The position numbers and the translations under genes were made by a program. Positions 1 through 9,251 of a stretch of 64,000 nucleotides of DNA are shown here, piece by piece; positions within the stretch are counted from its first letter, which is position 1; each line of letters starts with the position of its first letter. The DNA comes from a virus. Location of the stretch: the IMG/VR virus record IMGVR_UViG_3300032070_000613, positions 1 to 64,000 of that record, one strand, 5' to 3'. The notes below the pieces were generated by a model. It worked only from the letters and a program-made list of their open reading frames with translations. It did no database searches and was not told where the DNA came from.

Positions 1-3
1 TGG

Positions 4-1563
4 GTGGATAAGAAAGTAGCTCCCAATCGCGTCAAAGTAGCTAAAGAAGTCATTGCTAAATATGACCCCTCGCAATGGTTGCTGTCGCATGCGAGCATCA
101 TGGCCTCTGTAGATGTAGACCTCGCTGATCCTAAAGATAAAAAAAGTGATTATTTGATAAAGCCTGAGTACTCCATTTTTGTAAACAATAACGGGGACAG
201 CTGGGAGAGGGAACTGCTCAGGGCAGCGTCTAAATCATTTTTGGGGGCTGATAACTATATCGAACATTGTCAGATAAGCGAATTGTCAAAAGGTAAAGTA
301 ATTGACGTGGCTCTGAGAGAAGTCCCTTTTATAAAAGATCAGGACGGAAAAGATCTCACGACTCTATATGTAGATATATTGATCGCTACTAACAGAAAAC
401 ATAAAGACATAGTAGATAAAATAAGTAGTGGAGAATATTGCGCTTTGTCAATGGGCTGCCAAATTCAATTTTCCATTTGTACACAGTGTGGTCGTAAAAT
501 AGAGGATGAGACCCAGGCGTGTAAAGATATTCGTTATTTCAAGCATAATACTTACTATGATAAAAACGGTATCAAGAGAATAGTCGCTGAGCTCTGTGGA
601 CACAAAAGCGATCCCGATAGCTGCAAGTTCATTGATGCGAGCTGGGTCCGTAAACCGGCGTTCGAGGGTGCCGTCCTGAGAAATATCCTCAATATGGGAG
701 ATACAGCTTCTCAGGATGTCGGTGACAAGATACAGAAAGCCGTAGCGTTCCCGAGTTTCGAGTATGCGCCGGGTATGTATCTGAAAGCAGCCTCTGCAGC
801 GGCGAAGTCCGTAGTGAATGAGATAGAGGCGCAGGAGGAAAAAGCCCCCGCCCCTCCTAAAGATGACATCGGGTTCCCGGAAGCCCCCGCAGAATCTAAA
901 AAGGCCCCCGAAATAGATATGCCCCCTCCTGAAGAAACCGCTCCGAAGGAAGAGGCCCCCGCGGAAGAACCACCACCTGAAGAAGCTCCTGCAGCTCCTC
1001 CCTCTCTCGGTGGGAAAATGGGAGAGCCGGGCGCTGCTCCTGCTCCAGAACCTCAAATAGAAGAGCCTAAAGAAGATGCGACGGTGAATGAAGTCAAAGA
1101 CATGGTGAAGAAACAGATTCTGAATCAAATCCGTCGTGAGCTTTTAAAGGACCAAGCTAAGGAGCCGGGACAGGAACGTCCGACTGAGATGGAAAACGCT
1201 TCGAATAGCTCTCTGGTAAAACAGGCAGGTTTTCAGAAAGTATTGCTGGCATCTAAAAAGTCAGGCAATGACAGACTCCATAATGGTCTGATGATTCTTT
1301 CGAATTTGAATAATTGGAAGCAATTTAAAAAATACGGATATAAAAGAGATGATGTACTAGGGCTGTTATACTTTGTGGATAAAAATGCTTCCAGTCAGCC
1401 AGTGGGAATGGATGCCGTAAAAGCGCTTTCCAAAGTCAGACTGGGATCAGAGGGACTAGTGCCTTTTTTCACTGAAATCATAGTGGAAACAGGCAGGAGA
1501 CCTCGAAAGGTGGAAGCTAAGAAAATCGCGGCATGGGCCAAAATCCTTTCAAATTTCGAATGA
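4..1563 (+). CDS. Prohead (head maturation) protease with Pro/Glu-rich linker; 5' end may be truncated by the window edge
   Basis: NNNGD...NYIEH (His) and LSMGC (Ser) motifs, CxxC; directly upstream of scaffold, decoration and capsid genes. Confidence 0.7.
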   Translation: MDKKVAPNRVKVAKEVIAKYDPSQWLLSHASIMASVDVDLADPKDKKSDYLIKPEYSIFVNNNGDSWERELLRAASKSFLGADNYIEHCQISELSKGKVIDVALREVPFIKDQDGKDLTTLYVDILIATNRKHKDIVDKISSGEYCALSMGCQIQFSICTQCGRKIEDETQACKDIRYFKHNTYYDKNGIKRIVAELCGHKSDPDSCKFIDASWVRKPAFEGAVLRNILNMGDTASQDVGDKIQKAVAFPSFEYAPGMYLKAASAAAKSVVNEIEAQEEKAPAPPKDDIGFPEAPAESKKAPEIDMPPPEETAPKEEAPAEEPPPEEAPAAPPSLGGKMGEPGAAPAPEPQIEEPKEDATVNEVKDMVKKQILNQIRRELLKDQAKEPGQERPTEMENASNSSLVKQAGFQKVLLASKKSGNDRLHNGLMILSNLNNWKQFKKYGYKRDDVLGLLYFVDKNASSQPVGMDAVKALSKVRLGSEGLVPFFTEIIVETGRRPRKVEAKKIAAWAKILSNFE

Positions 1564-1579
1564 TTTTAAAGAGTTTTCG

Positions 1580-1595
1580 TAATAATCTATTAATA
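1580..1595 (+). promoter_or_regulatory. Phage-specific (putative late) promoter motif TAATAATCTATTAATA
   Basis: Copy of a 16-bp motif that recurs in at least 10 intergenic gaps upstream of + strand structural genes. Confidence 0.7.
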
Positions 1596-1661
1596 ATGGA
1601 ATTTTAGATGAATTAAGAAGACTCTTAACTAGTCATATATCCTTTCATCAGGAGGAGCCAC

Positions 1662-2789
1662 ATGTCAAGAGAACGGTTGACAAGTCGTACTGCTGAAGAC
1701 CTCAAGGCAAAAGCGGGTACGCAGGTGTCCGATAAAGGCACTGGTATCGACAATGATACTGCTGCTATGAATAGTCCCGAGCATACGAAGAATGATCCGA
1801 AAGTCGATCAGTATGCCAAGGGTGATCCCTCTGCATGGGGTGAGGACGTAGCTGCTCAGAATTGGCCGTCACAGAATAAAGGCGGAGAGAAACGTGAAGA
1901 TACGGGTCATGCTGAACTCATCGACAAGCATGCTGCCGCGGAAGCAGTCGCCTCTGCAAAAAGACTCGAAGAAAAAGCTGTGAAATGCATCATCGCCGCT
2001 CAGAGAGTACTCCCTGGTGCCACGGAAGAAATGATCGAGAAACAGGCCGCCATTTTCATGCATCTGCCTCAGGAAGGTCTGGATGGTACGCTGGCCAATC
2101 AGGAAGAGCTCGCCAAGCAGATCAGCAAACAGGCCTCGAAAGCTGCTGAAGAATCTGAAGAGGAAAAGAAAGAGGATGACGACGAAGATAAGAAAAAAGC
2201 AGCTGCTGAGCTCGCTGAGAAGCAGGCAAAACTCGAAACTCTGAAGAAACAGGCGTCTGAGATACAGAAAGAAATCGAAGCCATGGACCAGAATGCTAAA
2301 GCTAATAAGAACTGGCCGACCGGTAAGAAGACTGAAAAGAAGGCTGGTGAGGAAGAGGAAGAGAAGGAAGAAAAAGAAGAAGAGAAAGATAAAGATGCCG
2401 CTACTGCATGTGTGAAGGAAGATAAGAAAGAGGACAAGAAGGAAGATAAAGCGGCTGCCAAGGAAGAAAAAGAAGAGGAAGAGAAGGAAGAAAAAGACGC
2501 GGCCAAGAAAGACAAAAAGGAAGAAGAGGAAAAAGAAGACGATAAGAAAGAAGATAAGGCCGCAGCCAAGGAAGAGAAAAAGGAAGAAAAGGAAGAAAAG
2601 GAAAAAGAAGAAGATAAAGATGCGTCTGAGAAGAATCTCCTCGACCAGATTTTCGGGGAAGTGCTAGCATCTGATACCAAAAAAGGTGCGACGAAACTCT
2701 CCGGCATGGTCAAGAAAGAAGCCTCTGAGCAGGTAAATGATCTCACTGGTCTGTGGGCATCCGCTCCTGACGTAAGCAATATGTTCTAA
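1662..2789 (+). CDS. Capsid scaffolding protein (K/E/D-rich, coiled coil)
   Basis: Between protease and capsid genes; highly charged, low complexity; AGGAGG RBS. Confidence 0.7.
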   Translation: MSRERLTSRTAEDLKAKAGTQVSDKGTGIDNDTAAMNSPEHTKNDPKVDQYAKGDPSAWGEDVAAQNWPSQNKGGEKREDTGHAELIDKHAAAEAVASAKRLEEKAVKCIIAAQRVLPGATEEMIEKQAAIFMHLPQEGLDGTLANQEELAKQISKQASKAAEESEEEKKEDDDEDKKKAAAELAEKQAKLETLKKQASEIQKEIEAMDQNAKANKNWPTGKKTEKKAGEEEEEKEEKEEEKDKDAATACVKEDKKEDKKEDKAAAKEEKEEEEKEEKDAAKKDKKEEEEKEDDKKEDKAAAKEEKKEEKEEKEKEEDKDASEKNLLDQIFGEVLASDTKKGATKLSGMVKKEASEQVNDLTGLWASAPDVSNMF

Positions 2790-2792
2790 ATG

Positions 2793-2819
2793 ACAGGGCG
2801 GAACACTCCGCCCTGTTTT
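2793..2819 (+). terminator. Rho-independent terminator-like or stabilising hairpin
   Basis: ACAGGGCGGA-acac-TCCGCCCTGT followed by TTT. Confidence 0.6.
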
Positions 2820-2881
2820 GATAAACACAACCCGCCTCTGAGTAGGGGATAGGGTAAGAAATATTAAACTGGAGGCTCAAT

Positions 2882-3436
2882 ATGATCGGTGAATCAAGCG
2901 GACTAGCACCTGATAGGGGTTTAAATATCCTCTATCGCGTGACAATGAATACGTTGATGAATCTGACTGAGACTGACCTGACACAAGCAAATTACAATAA
3001 TGGTCATGCTGAATCAGTGATAAATACACGTCTCAGCCCCAATACACCTAAAGGTCTCCTCGCGGGCTCGATCGTGTCAGCGAGTGCGACTGCAGGCGCA
3101 GTAGAAAAATGCGTCGGTGGTGGACGTCCTGGTAACTATCCTCTCGGTATCGTGATTAATAATGCCGTGGGATATCCTTTCGAATCCAGCTCCGGCGTAG
3201 CGAGTGGAAAGTGCCCATATCTGCATGGAGCAGGCACAGTGTTTTCGACGGATCTTTATGAGACATTTAACACCAGCAGTGTGGCTCTAGCGTATGCAGC
3301 TGGAGATTCTTTGTATTGTTCCCGTAACGGTCTTTTGGAAAATTCCGACGAAACTTCTAATCTCATAGTGGTCGGTATCGTTTTGATCGCTCCGTCGACG
3401 AGTGATCCGTTCATGGTCGTACAGTTGAGAATCTAA
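2882..3436 (+). CDS. Capsid decoration/cement protein, paralogue 1
   Basis: Small Gly-rich beta protein upstream of the MCP; near-duplicate of the next gene; GGAGG RBS. Confidence 0.65.
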   Translation: MIGESSGLAPDRGLNILYRVTMNTLMNLTETDLTQANYNNGHAESVINTRLSPNTPKGLLAGSIVSASATAGAVEKCVGGGRPGNYPLGIVINNAVGYPFESSSGVASGKCPYLHGAGTVFSTDLYETFNTSSVALAYAAGDSLYCSRNGLLENSDETSNLIVVGIVLIAPSTSDPFMVVQLRI

Positions 3437-3447
3437 GTAGGAAAACG

Positions 3448-3480
3448 GACATTCAGATTGGATAGATGCCGCTGAGTGTC
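3448..3480 (+). ncRNA. Cis-regulatory RNA hairpin, copy 1
   Basis: Stem GACAUUCAG/CUGAGUGUC, loop AUUGGAUAGAUGCCG; covaries with copy 2. Confidence 0.7.
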
Positions 3481-3506
3481 TCAAACAAAATAAACAGGAG
3501 GTTAAC

Positions 3507-4064
3507 ATGATTGGTGAAGCAAGCGGACTAGCCCCCGATAGAGGCCTAAACATCCTCTACAGAGTCTCGATGAACACGCTCATGAATCTGACCGAGACTG
3601 ATCTGACTCAGGCGAATTTCACAAATGGTAACGCCGAGACAATTACAAATACCCGTCTCAGCGCCAACACGCCTAAAGGTCTTCTCGCAGGTTCAGTCGT
3701 GAAGTGCAGCACTACTGCCGGTGCAGTTACAAAGGCAATCGGTGCCGCCAGTGAAGGTGCCCTTGGTATTGTGATTAACAATGCTGTGGGATATCCTTTT
3801 GAATCCAGTTCCGGTGTAGCAAGCGGAAAGTGCCCGTATCTGCATGGTTCTGGTACAGTGTTTTCGACGGATCTTTATGAGACGTTCCTTCAGGATGGCT
3901 CGACGGCTTTGGCATGGGCTGCTGGAGATGCTGTCTGTGCGTCACGTAATGGTCTTCTTACGAGATACGCCGTGAATCAGACCTCTGCCAATGAAGTCAT
4001 TGGTATCGTTTTGATCGCTCCGTCGACGAGTGATCCGTTCATGGTAGTGCAGATGAGAATCTAA
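3507..4064 (+). CDS. Capsid decoration/cement protein, paralogue 2
   Basis: Long identical blocks shared with 2882..3436 (e.g. LGIVINNAVGYPFESSSGVASGKCPYLHG). Confidence 0.65.
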   Translation: MIGEASGLAPDRGLNILYRVSMNTLMNLTETDLTQANFTNGNAETITNTRLSANTPKGLLAGSVVKCSTTAGAVTKAIGAASEGALGIVINNAVGYPFESSSGVASGKCPYLHGSGTVFSTDLYETFLQDGSTALAWAAGDAVCASRNGLLTRYAVNQTSANEVIGIVLIAPSTSDPFMVVQMRI

Positions 4065-4074
4065 TACGTTTGAT

Positions 4075-4107
4075 GATGTTCGGATTGGATACACGCCGCC
4101 GATCATC
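4075..4107 (+). ncRNA. Cis-regulatory RNA hairpin, copy 2
   Basis: Stem GAUGUUCGG/CCGAUCAUC, loop AUUGGAUACACGCCG. Confidence 0.7.
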
Positions 4108-4137
4108 ACAAATATAACCCATAATAGGAGGTTTTAA

Positions 4138-5019
4138 ATGGAAGGTAACATCAGCAATGAACTGAAACAGCAGATCATTGGTGAGTACATCAAGACTGCT
4201 GCGGGTCGTCAGAAGCTGGCGGCCTCAATGGTGCAGCCTCTACGTCTGCGTAGGGACTACACGTCAGTCGCACGTAAGGCGTTTCTCGTAGAACAGCTGC
4301 CCGATGGCGCACTGCCTATCTACGATAAAGACCCGAACGTGACGGCTTTCGTGGTCGGTGAAGAAGGCGAAAACATTCTCGCGATTACCAAACCGCGCCG
4401 TGTGATTTTCCCGTTGTTCGAAATTGCGTCGAACCCGGAAATTCCATTGACACAGGTCAAAGAGCGTCGGTTCGACCTCATTGAGAGGGCACAGGATCTG
4501 GCGAAAGCTCAGATACAGGCTGCGGAAGATGGGCGTGCTTTTGATGTGATGGACGCGGTGTCCCAGAATGGTTTCGATAATCTCGGTACAGCCTATACAA
4601 ATGCTCAGGTGAATGCGGTCGCTCCTCTGACACCCCCGAACCTGATCGATGCATTTGCTCGTATTGAGACGCACGACCTGAGGGCTGCTCGCGTGTTCAT
4701 GAATGCGCTTGATTTCGCTGACCTGAGGAAGTGGGGTCGTGATGTGTTCGATATCGAGGCACAGGCACAGATTCTGAAGACCGGTCTGATGGGTTCTGTG
4801 TGGGGTGCTCAGATCATCGTCTCTCGTAAAGTCACTCCGGGTTATGCGTATGTGTGTGCAGAGCCGGAGTTCTTCGGGAGGATCCCAGTCCGTACCGAGT
4901 TGACGGTGCTCAGTGCGGATGATCCAAAGGCGAGACGCATAGGGTTTAGCGTCTTCGAAAATTTGGGGATAGGTTGTCATAACCCACTTGCTATTACTCG
5001 TGTTAAGATTGCTCGCTAA
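4138..5019 (+). CDS. Major capsid protein (HK97 fold)
   Basis: Head-module position; HK97-like P-domain pattern (RVFMN...DLRKW...G.VWGAQIIVS); strong RBS; followed by a terminator. Confidence 0.85.
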   Translation: MEGNISNELKQQIIGEYIKTAAGRQKLAASMVQPLRLRRDYTSVARKAFLVEQLPDGALPIYDKDPNVTAFVVGEEGENILAITKPRRVIFPLFEIASNPEIPLTQVKERRFDLIERAQDLAKAQIQAAEDGRAFDVMDAVSQNGFDNLGTAYTNAQVNAVAPLTPPNLIDAFARIETHDLRAARVFMNALDFADLRKWGRDVFDIEAQAQILKTGLMGSVWGAQIIVSRKVTPGYAYVCAEPEFFGRIPVRTELTVLSADDPKARRIGFSVFENLGIGCHNPLAITRVKIAR

Positions 5020-5047
5020 TGTAGAGTGTTAATAGCAATTGTAAAGT

Positions 5048-5080
5048 AAAAAAGGTCCTAATAATTTTAGGGCCTTTTTT
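5048..5080 (+). terminator. Bidirectional intrinsic terminator after the MCP
   Basis: AAAAAAGGTCCTA...TAGGGCCTTTTTT. Confidence 0.8.
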
Positions 5081-5082
5081 AT

Positions 5083-5111
5083 TTGTTTTTCTGATCCAAA
5101 TGCAGTATATT
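5083..5111 (+). promoter_or_regulatory. sigma70-like promoter for omega-RNA/isrB
   Basis: TTGTTT-N17-TATATT. Confidence 0.55.
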
Positions 5112-5117
5112 TAGAAT

Positions 5118-5425
5118 ATTAAGTTTTCGAAGTGTTAACGACCCTTAAATAAGGGTCGTGGTGAGTAAAGGTATTATAAGCCAACTTTTGAAAACCACGA
5201 TTAAAATGGAGACTAGAGTGGTCAAGATCATCACCTGTAATTCCGAAAGGGATTTAAAAGATCTCGTAAGAGATGGTGATGGTCGTTTGAAGACAACTGA
5301 ACCTATTGCCCGTGGCAGGGTAAGAGATATAGAGGGTGCTTCCCTAGCTCTCTCTCCCTCTATAGGTCAGTCTCGAAGGGAGCAATTACCTGAATTATCT
5401 GCAAAGGTTATTCAGAGAAAGGTAC
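5118..5425 (+). ncRNA. IsrB omega-RNA (short 5' guide plus scaffold); boundaries approximate
   Basis: Scaffold starts GTTAACGACCC with perfect hairpin ACGACCCTT-aaat-AAGGGTCGT; contains GACTAG, GTGCTTCCCTAG...CCTCT...GTCAGTCTCGAAGGG blocks typical of IscB/IsrB omega-RNAs; directly upstream of a PLMP protein. Confidence 0.7.
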
Positions 5426-5430
5426 CAGTA

Positions 5431-7086
5431 ATGGTGCCAGTTTTATCTGTAGAGGGGAAACCGCTTATGCCGTGTCATCCGGCAAGGGCGCGTGAACTTA
5501 TTAAAAAGAAAGGAGCAAAAGAGAGATGGTATCGAGGTATTTATGCGATTCAGCTTATTCACAAGAATGGGAGTTTTTTACAGAATTCAGTATGTGGTAT
5601 TGATTCAGGATTTTATAGGGAAGCATTTACGATACAATCTGTTGATCATACTTATTTAAATGTACTTTCTGATGCTGTATGCTGGGTAAGTACAAGAGTT
5701 GAAAATAGACGAAACTCTCGTAAATCTCGTAGAGGAAGAAATCTTCCCTGTCGAAAAAGTAGGAGTAATCGGATGAATAAAAAGTCATGGTTAGCTCCTT
5801 CGATTAAAAGCAGGTGGGATATTAAATTAAGAATTATTGATTTTTTAAAGAAGTTATATCCTATAACAACTTATGTTATAGAGGATATAAATGCGAAAAA
5901 TAAAAAGAATTGTAGGAGATGGAATAGGGTTTTTTCTCCGTTACAGACAGGTAAAAATTGGTTTTATTATAGAGTAGAAAAAACAGGTGAATTGATACTA
6001 AAAAAAGGGTACGAAACATATATTCGTAGGGATTTATTTGGTTTTAAAAAGTTAAAGGATAAGTTTTCTGAATCTTTTTATAGTCATAATATTGATTCTT
6101 GGGTATTAGCAAGTTTTGTGACGGGGAAAAGAGATTTAGATATGACTAAGGTGTTTAGGATGGTTCCTCTTAAATTTCATAGAAGAGTACTTCATAATTT
6201 AAGCCCTGCAAAAGGCGGCTATAGGAAAAAATTTGGTGGAACTATGTCTTTAGGATTTAAGAGGGGGTCGGTTATATATCATAAGGAGTTAGGCTATGCT
6301 TATATAGGGGGTACGGCAGACGGGAGAGTTACGATACATAATATAGTGACTGGAAATATTCTTACATCACGGGCATTTCCTGCTGATTGTAAATTTATAT
6401 ACTTTAATAATTGGAGGACGGTATTTATTGATGAGTGTGGAAATTTTATTGGTAAGAGACATCGTGATATTTTTTTGAAAATAGAATACTGTACTCCTGA
6501 AATAATAGAAAAGAAAAGACAGACAAATTTAAAACGTTATGGTGTAGAAAAGTATACTAATCGGGAGCAAGCGAAAAAGACTTCTTTAGAGAGATATGGA
6601 GTAGAGTACACATGTGCTGTCCCGGAAATTATAGAGAAAAGGGTAGCTACTCTTATGGAAAGGTATGGTAGGGTTTTTAATGTAGATGAGCCGCATAATA
6701 AGTTTCATTTGGAAAATAAAGAAAAATTCATACAGGATTATGAATCCGGGTTGATTTTAGGAGATCTGGCTATTAAATATAAAATTAGCGAACCCACATT
6801 AAGTCGTATTATTAAAGATTTGGGATTGAGTCGTACTGTAGTAAAAGCAAAATCTTATGTAATAGATACTCCTTCAGAAGCCACATCAGATTATTTGAAA
6901 GCATGCCTTGAAAATAATAAAATCCTTTCTTTTTATGAGTATGGTAAGATAAAGGGGCAACAGTATTGTACTAAGATGAAAAGATGGTTTAATAAAGGTA
7001 GACTCTACAATAATTTACTTGAAGAGTTAAAGTCAGTAGCTCTATGCGCTGAAGAGCACGAGACTTTTTTAAACAAGTTAAGATAA
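5431..7086 (+). CDS. isrB: IsrB (PLMP/RRXRR, split RuvC, no HNH) fused to ~220 aa of (K/E)RYG repeats plus a putative HTH
   Basis: GKPLMPC, GIDSG (RuvC-I), Arg-rich helix, VIEDI (RuvC-II), HNIDS (RuvC-III); ATG 5431 is the likely start and the tracked 5158 extension reads through the RNA scaffold. Confidence 0.8.
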   Translation: MVPVLSVEGKPLMPCHPARARELIKKKGAKERWYRGIYAIQLIHKNGSFLQNSVCGIDSGFYREAFTIQSVDHTYLNVLSDAVCWVSTRVENRRNSRKSRRGRNLPCRKSRSNRMNKKSWLAPSIKSRWDIKLRIIDFLKKLYPITTYVIEDINAKNKKNCRRWNRVFSPLQTGKNWFYYRVEKTGELILKKGYETYIRRDLFGFKKLKDKFSESFYSHNIDSWVLASFVTGKRDLDMTKVFRMVPLKFHRRVLHNLSPAKGGYRKKFGGTMSLGFKRGSVIYHKELGYAYIGGTADGRVTIHNIVTGNILTSRAFPADCKFIYFNNWRTVFIDECGNFIGKRHRDIFLKIEYCTPEIIEKKRQTNLKRYGVEKYTNREQAKKTSLERYGVEYTCAVPEIIEKRVATLMERYGRVFNVDEPHNKFHLENKEKFIQDYESGLILGDLAIKYKISEPTLSRIIKDLGLSRTVVKAKSYVIDTPSEATSDYLKACLENNKILSFYEYGKIKGQQYCTKMKRWFNKGRLYNNLLEELKSVALCAEEHETFLNKLR

Positions 7087-7088
7087 CT

Positions 7089-8099
7089 ATGTCAGCTTTT
7101 GAAATAAAAACCACGGATAAAGACACTATACTCTATAACAAATATGGTGTTTTTTCTAAAAATGAGCTATTTCAGCAGTTGAAGGAAGGAATGCTTACAG
7201 AGAAAGAACTAGGGAGTATATATGATCTGAGCGCATTTCAAATGAGGTTGGTTTTAAAATTTTTGAGTATAGATTATAGATGCCCTTTGAATGAAACGAG
7301 AGTACACGATCCTATTGTTTCTTCATCGATGCATCAAGTCTTGGTAGGCACGTTACTTGGTGATAGCTATATGAGGCATCCTAAAGAGTTTGGGATAAGC
7401 CATAGTATCAATCAGATGGACTATTTGTATCACGTCGCTGAGCAGTTGGGGGATTTTGTTTCTACAGTAGAGTACAAAGAGTTAACATTTGGAGTAGCTT
7501 TAGATTTTTGGACGCACAGACATAGTGTTTTTGTATCGTATTTCGATAGATTTTATTCTAGGGGAAAAGAAAAAAAGTATATTACCGAGGGATCAGCATA
7601 CGATTTAGAACCTGAAGGCTTGGCTTATTGGTTTATGGATGATGGAAAGTTTGGTGATTATGGTATGAATTTATGCGTTGGAAATATTTCTGACGAGGAA
7701 GGTGCCCTATTAGTGAATTTATTATACAATAAATTTGGTATTGTATCCACTTTTCAGATACACGATGCTGCACGAGGTTATCACAATCTTTATATAAAAG
7801 CAGAGAGTAGGAGTCGTTTTATTGAAATTATTGAGCCCTATATCATTCCGTCTATGCGATATAAACTGACTGGAGAAAAATATCCTAAGTTATACCAAAA
7901 AAGTGATATAGCAGAAAGGCATATATCATATTGTAAAAAAGTAGGTAGGACTGTTAGATTTTCTGGGGACAGAACAGTGGAGAGTTCTATAAGATCTCAT
8001 TCAGCTATTTTCAGTAAAAAAGAGTTGTATGTGCAGCAGGTTAAGGAAAAAGTTAGGAATCGATGTTTAATATCTCATAAGGATATGAGAGTATGCTAG
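7089..8099 (+). CDS. Free-standing LAGLIDADG homing endonuclease
   Basis: VGTLLGDSY and LAYWFMDDG motifs, IIPSMRYK tail. Confidence 0.85.
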   Translation: MSAFEIKTTDKDTILYNKYGVFSKNELFQQLKEGMLTEKELGSIYDLSAFQMRLVLKFLSIDYRCPLNETRVHDPIVSSSMHQVLVGTLLGDSYMRHPKEFGISHSINQMDYLYHVAEQLGDFVSTVEYKELTFGVALDFWTHRHSVFVSYFDRFYSRGKEKKYITEGSAYDLEPEGLAYWFMDDGKFGDYGMNLCVGNISDEEGALLVNLLYNKFGIVSTFQIHDAARGYHNLYIKAESRSRFIEIIEPYIIPSMRYKLTGEKYPKLYQKSDIAERHISYCKKVGRTVRFSGDRTVESSIRSHSAIFSKKELYVQQVKEKVRNRCLISHKDMRVC

Positions 8100-8482
8100 A
8101 AATCCGCCCAATCAATCTTAGTGATATCCCTCCGGAGATTGTTTCTGAAGGTAAAAAGAAGGGGCTTATTTTCAGGGACTCGGGCAACGCCTTTTATTTT
8201 GGAGGGTTCATTGATGGAAATCTGGTGACCTTAAGCTGCTTAATTATATATAAGAACAAGAATGCGACGATTAAGGCCAATTTCACTTTGGAAGAACACA
8301 GAGAGAAGGGCTATTTCTCGGAACTGAATAAGTACGTTTTGGCCTATGCCCGGGACCACGGCGTGGAAGTTATTAACCTGAACTGTTTGGAAGATTCCGT
8401 GGACATACATGTTAAGCAGGGGGCCCGGGTATGGAAGACTACCAAGAACATATTCTGGCTGATGTACGATAAAGGATTCTGA
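8093..8482 (+). CDS. GNAT-family acetyltransferase
   Basis: 129 aa; TLEEHREKGYFSEL matches the acetyl-CoA motif A pattern. Confidence 0.7.
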   Translation: MLEIRPINLSDIPPEIVSEGKKKGLIFRDSGNAFYFGGFIDGNLVTLSCLIIYKNKNATIKANFTLEEHREKGYFSELNKYVLAYARDHGVEVINLNCLEDSVDIHVKQGARVWKTTKNIFWLMYDKGF

Positions 8483-8483
8483 T

Positions 8484-9251
8484 ATGGATAACAGAATCTT
8501 TTTCTCAAAGGATGTGAATGGGCTATTGGAGGCCCAGTTCGGTTCGGATTTTGGAAATGATACTATTGTGGCCTATCATGCGATGTATGAGAAGCCCGAG
8601 GTTAAGGCGGGGAAAGTGGTAGAGTGGGAAAAGTACAAGGGCATTTACAGTACTCTGGAGCCCTCCCGGATTGTTCTGATCGGGATCAACCGGATGATTG
8701 TCCCATCGAACCGGTGTGATTTTATACATGCACATCTTACTGTTTTGACCCCTCAGATTCCTAAAATTGTGATAGACACCGCTCCTTTCATAGGGGAACC
8801 ATGGCGGCTATATTTCCATTATCAGGTGGCTAATTGTTTCAGCAAGTTTGGAGCGAACTACAGTTATCCGATTGAGGGGGAATGGCGTCGATGGTTTGAG
8901 CGGGATATAGATGAGTGTCAGTTCAGCCCACAGAATTTGAAAGACCGCATAATCAATACTCATTCTGATTTGTCGTCGCTGGTGACCAGTTTTGAGTTGG
9001 TTACTCCGTCTCAGGAGGATTTGGAATGGTATGGGGAGGCACGGAAATTCGAGTTCGATAAGTTTAGGGCCCCGAAGATGTTGATATTTAATCTGCTGAA
9101 GGCATCCAACAAGCATTTTGGGTTGGATGTTTCCTATGACAGTTACTTGACGAATCAGGTTTACAGGGTTCCGGACATCGGGATTTACCGGTTCATAGTT
9201 GAGGAAAATCGAAGGCGGATGGGCATTTACAATCTCTTTACTGCAGTATGA
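8484..9251 (+). CDS. Hypothetical protein in the GNAT/IbrAB-like cassette
   Basis: 1-nt gap to the GNAT gene and ATGA overlap with the next gene. Confidence 0.6.
   Translation: MDNRIFFSKDVNGLLEAQFGSDFGNDTIVAYHAMYEKPEVKAGKVVEWEKYKGIYSTLEPSRIVLIGINRMIVPSNRCDFIHAHLTVLTPQIPKIVIDTAPFIGEPWRLYFHYQVANCFSKFGANYSYPIEGEWRRWFERDIDECQFSPQNLKDRIINTHSDLSSLVTSFELVTPSQEDLEWYGEARKFEFDKFRAPKMLIFNLLKASNKHFGLDVSYDSYLTNQVYRVPDIGIYRFIVEENRRRMGIYNLFTAV

Noticed and set aside
2882-4064. Diversity-generating retroelement template/variable repeat pair
   Set aside because: Differences are not adenine-specific, both copies are full genes, and no reverse transcriptase is in the window
5115-5123. AATATTAAG in the IsrB guide region is complementary to the CTTAATA core of the promoter motif
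   Set aside because: Only 7-9 nt of AT-rich sequence at the guide 5' end; no full guide match seen in the window
5158-5430. 91-aa N-terminal extension of the tracked 642-aa ORF
   Set aside because: It overlaps the omega-RNA scaffold; IsrB proteins start just before PLMP, so ATG 5431 is preferred
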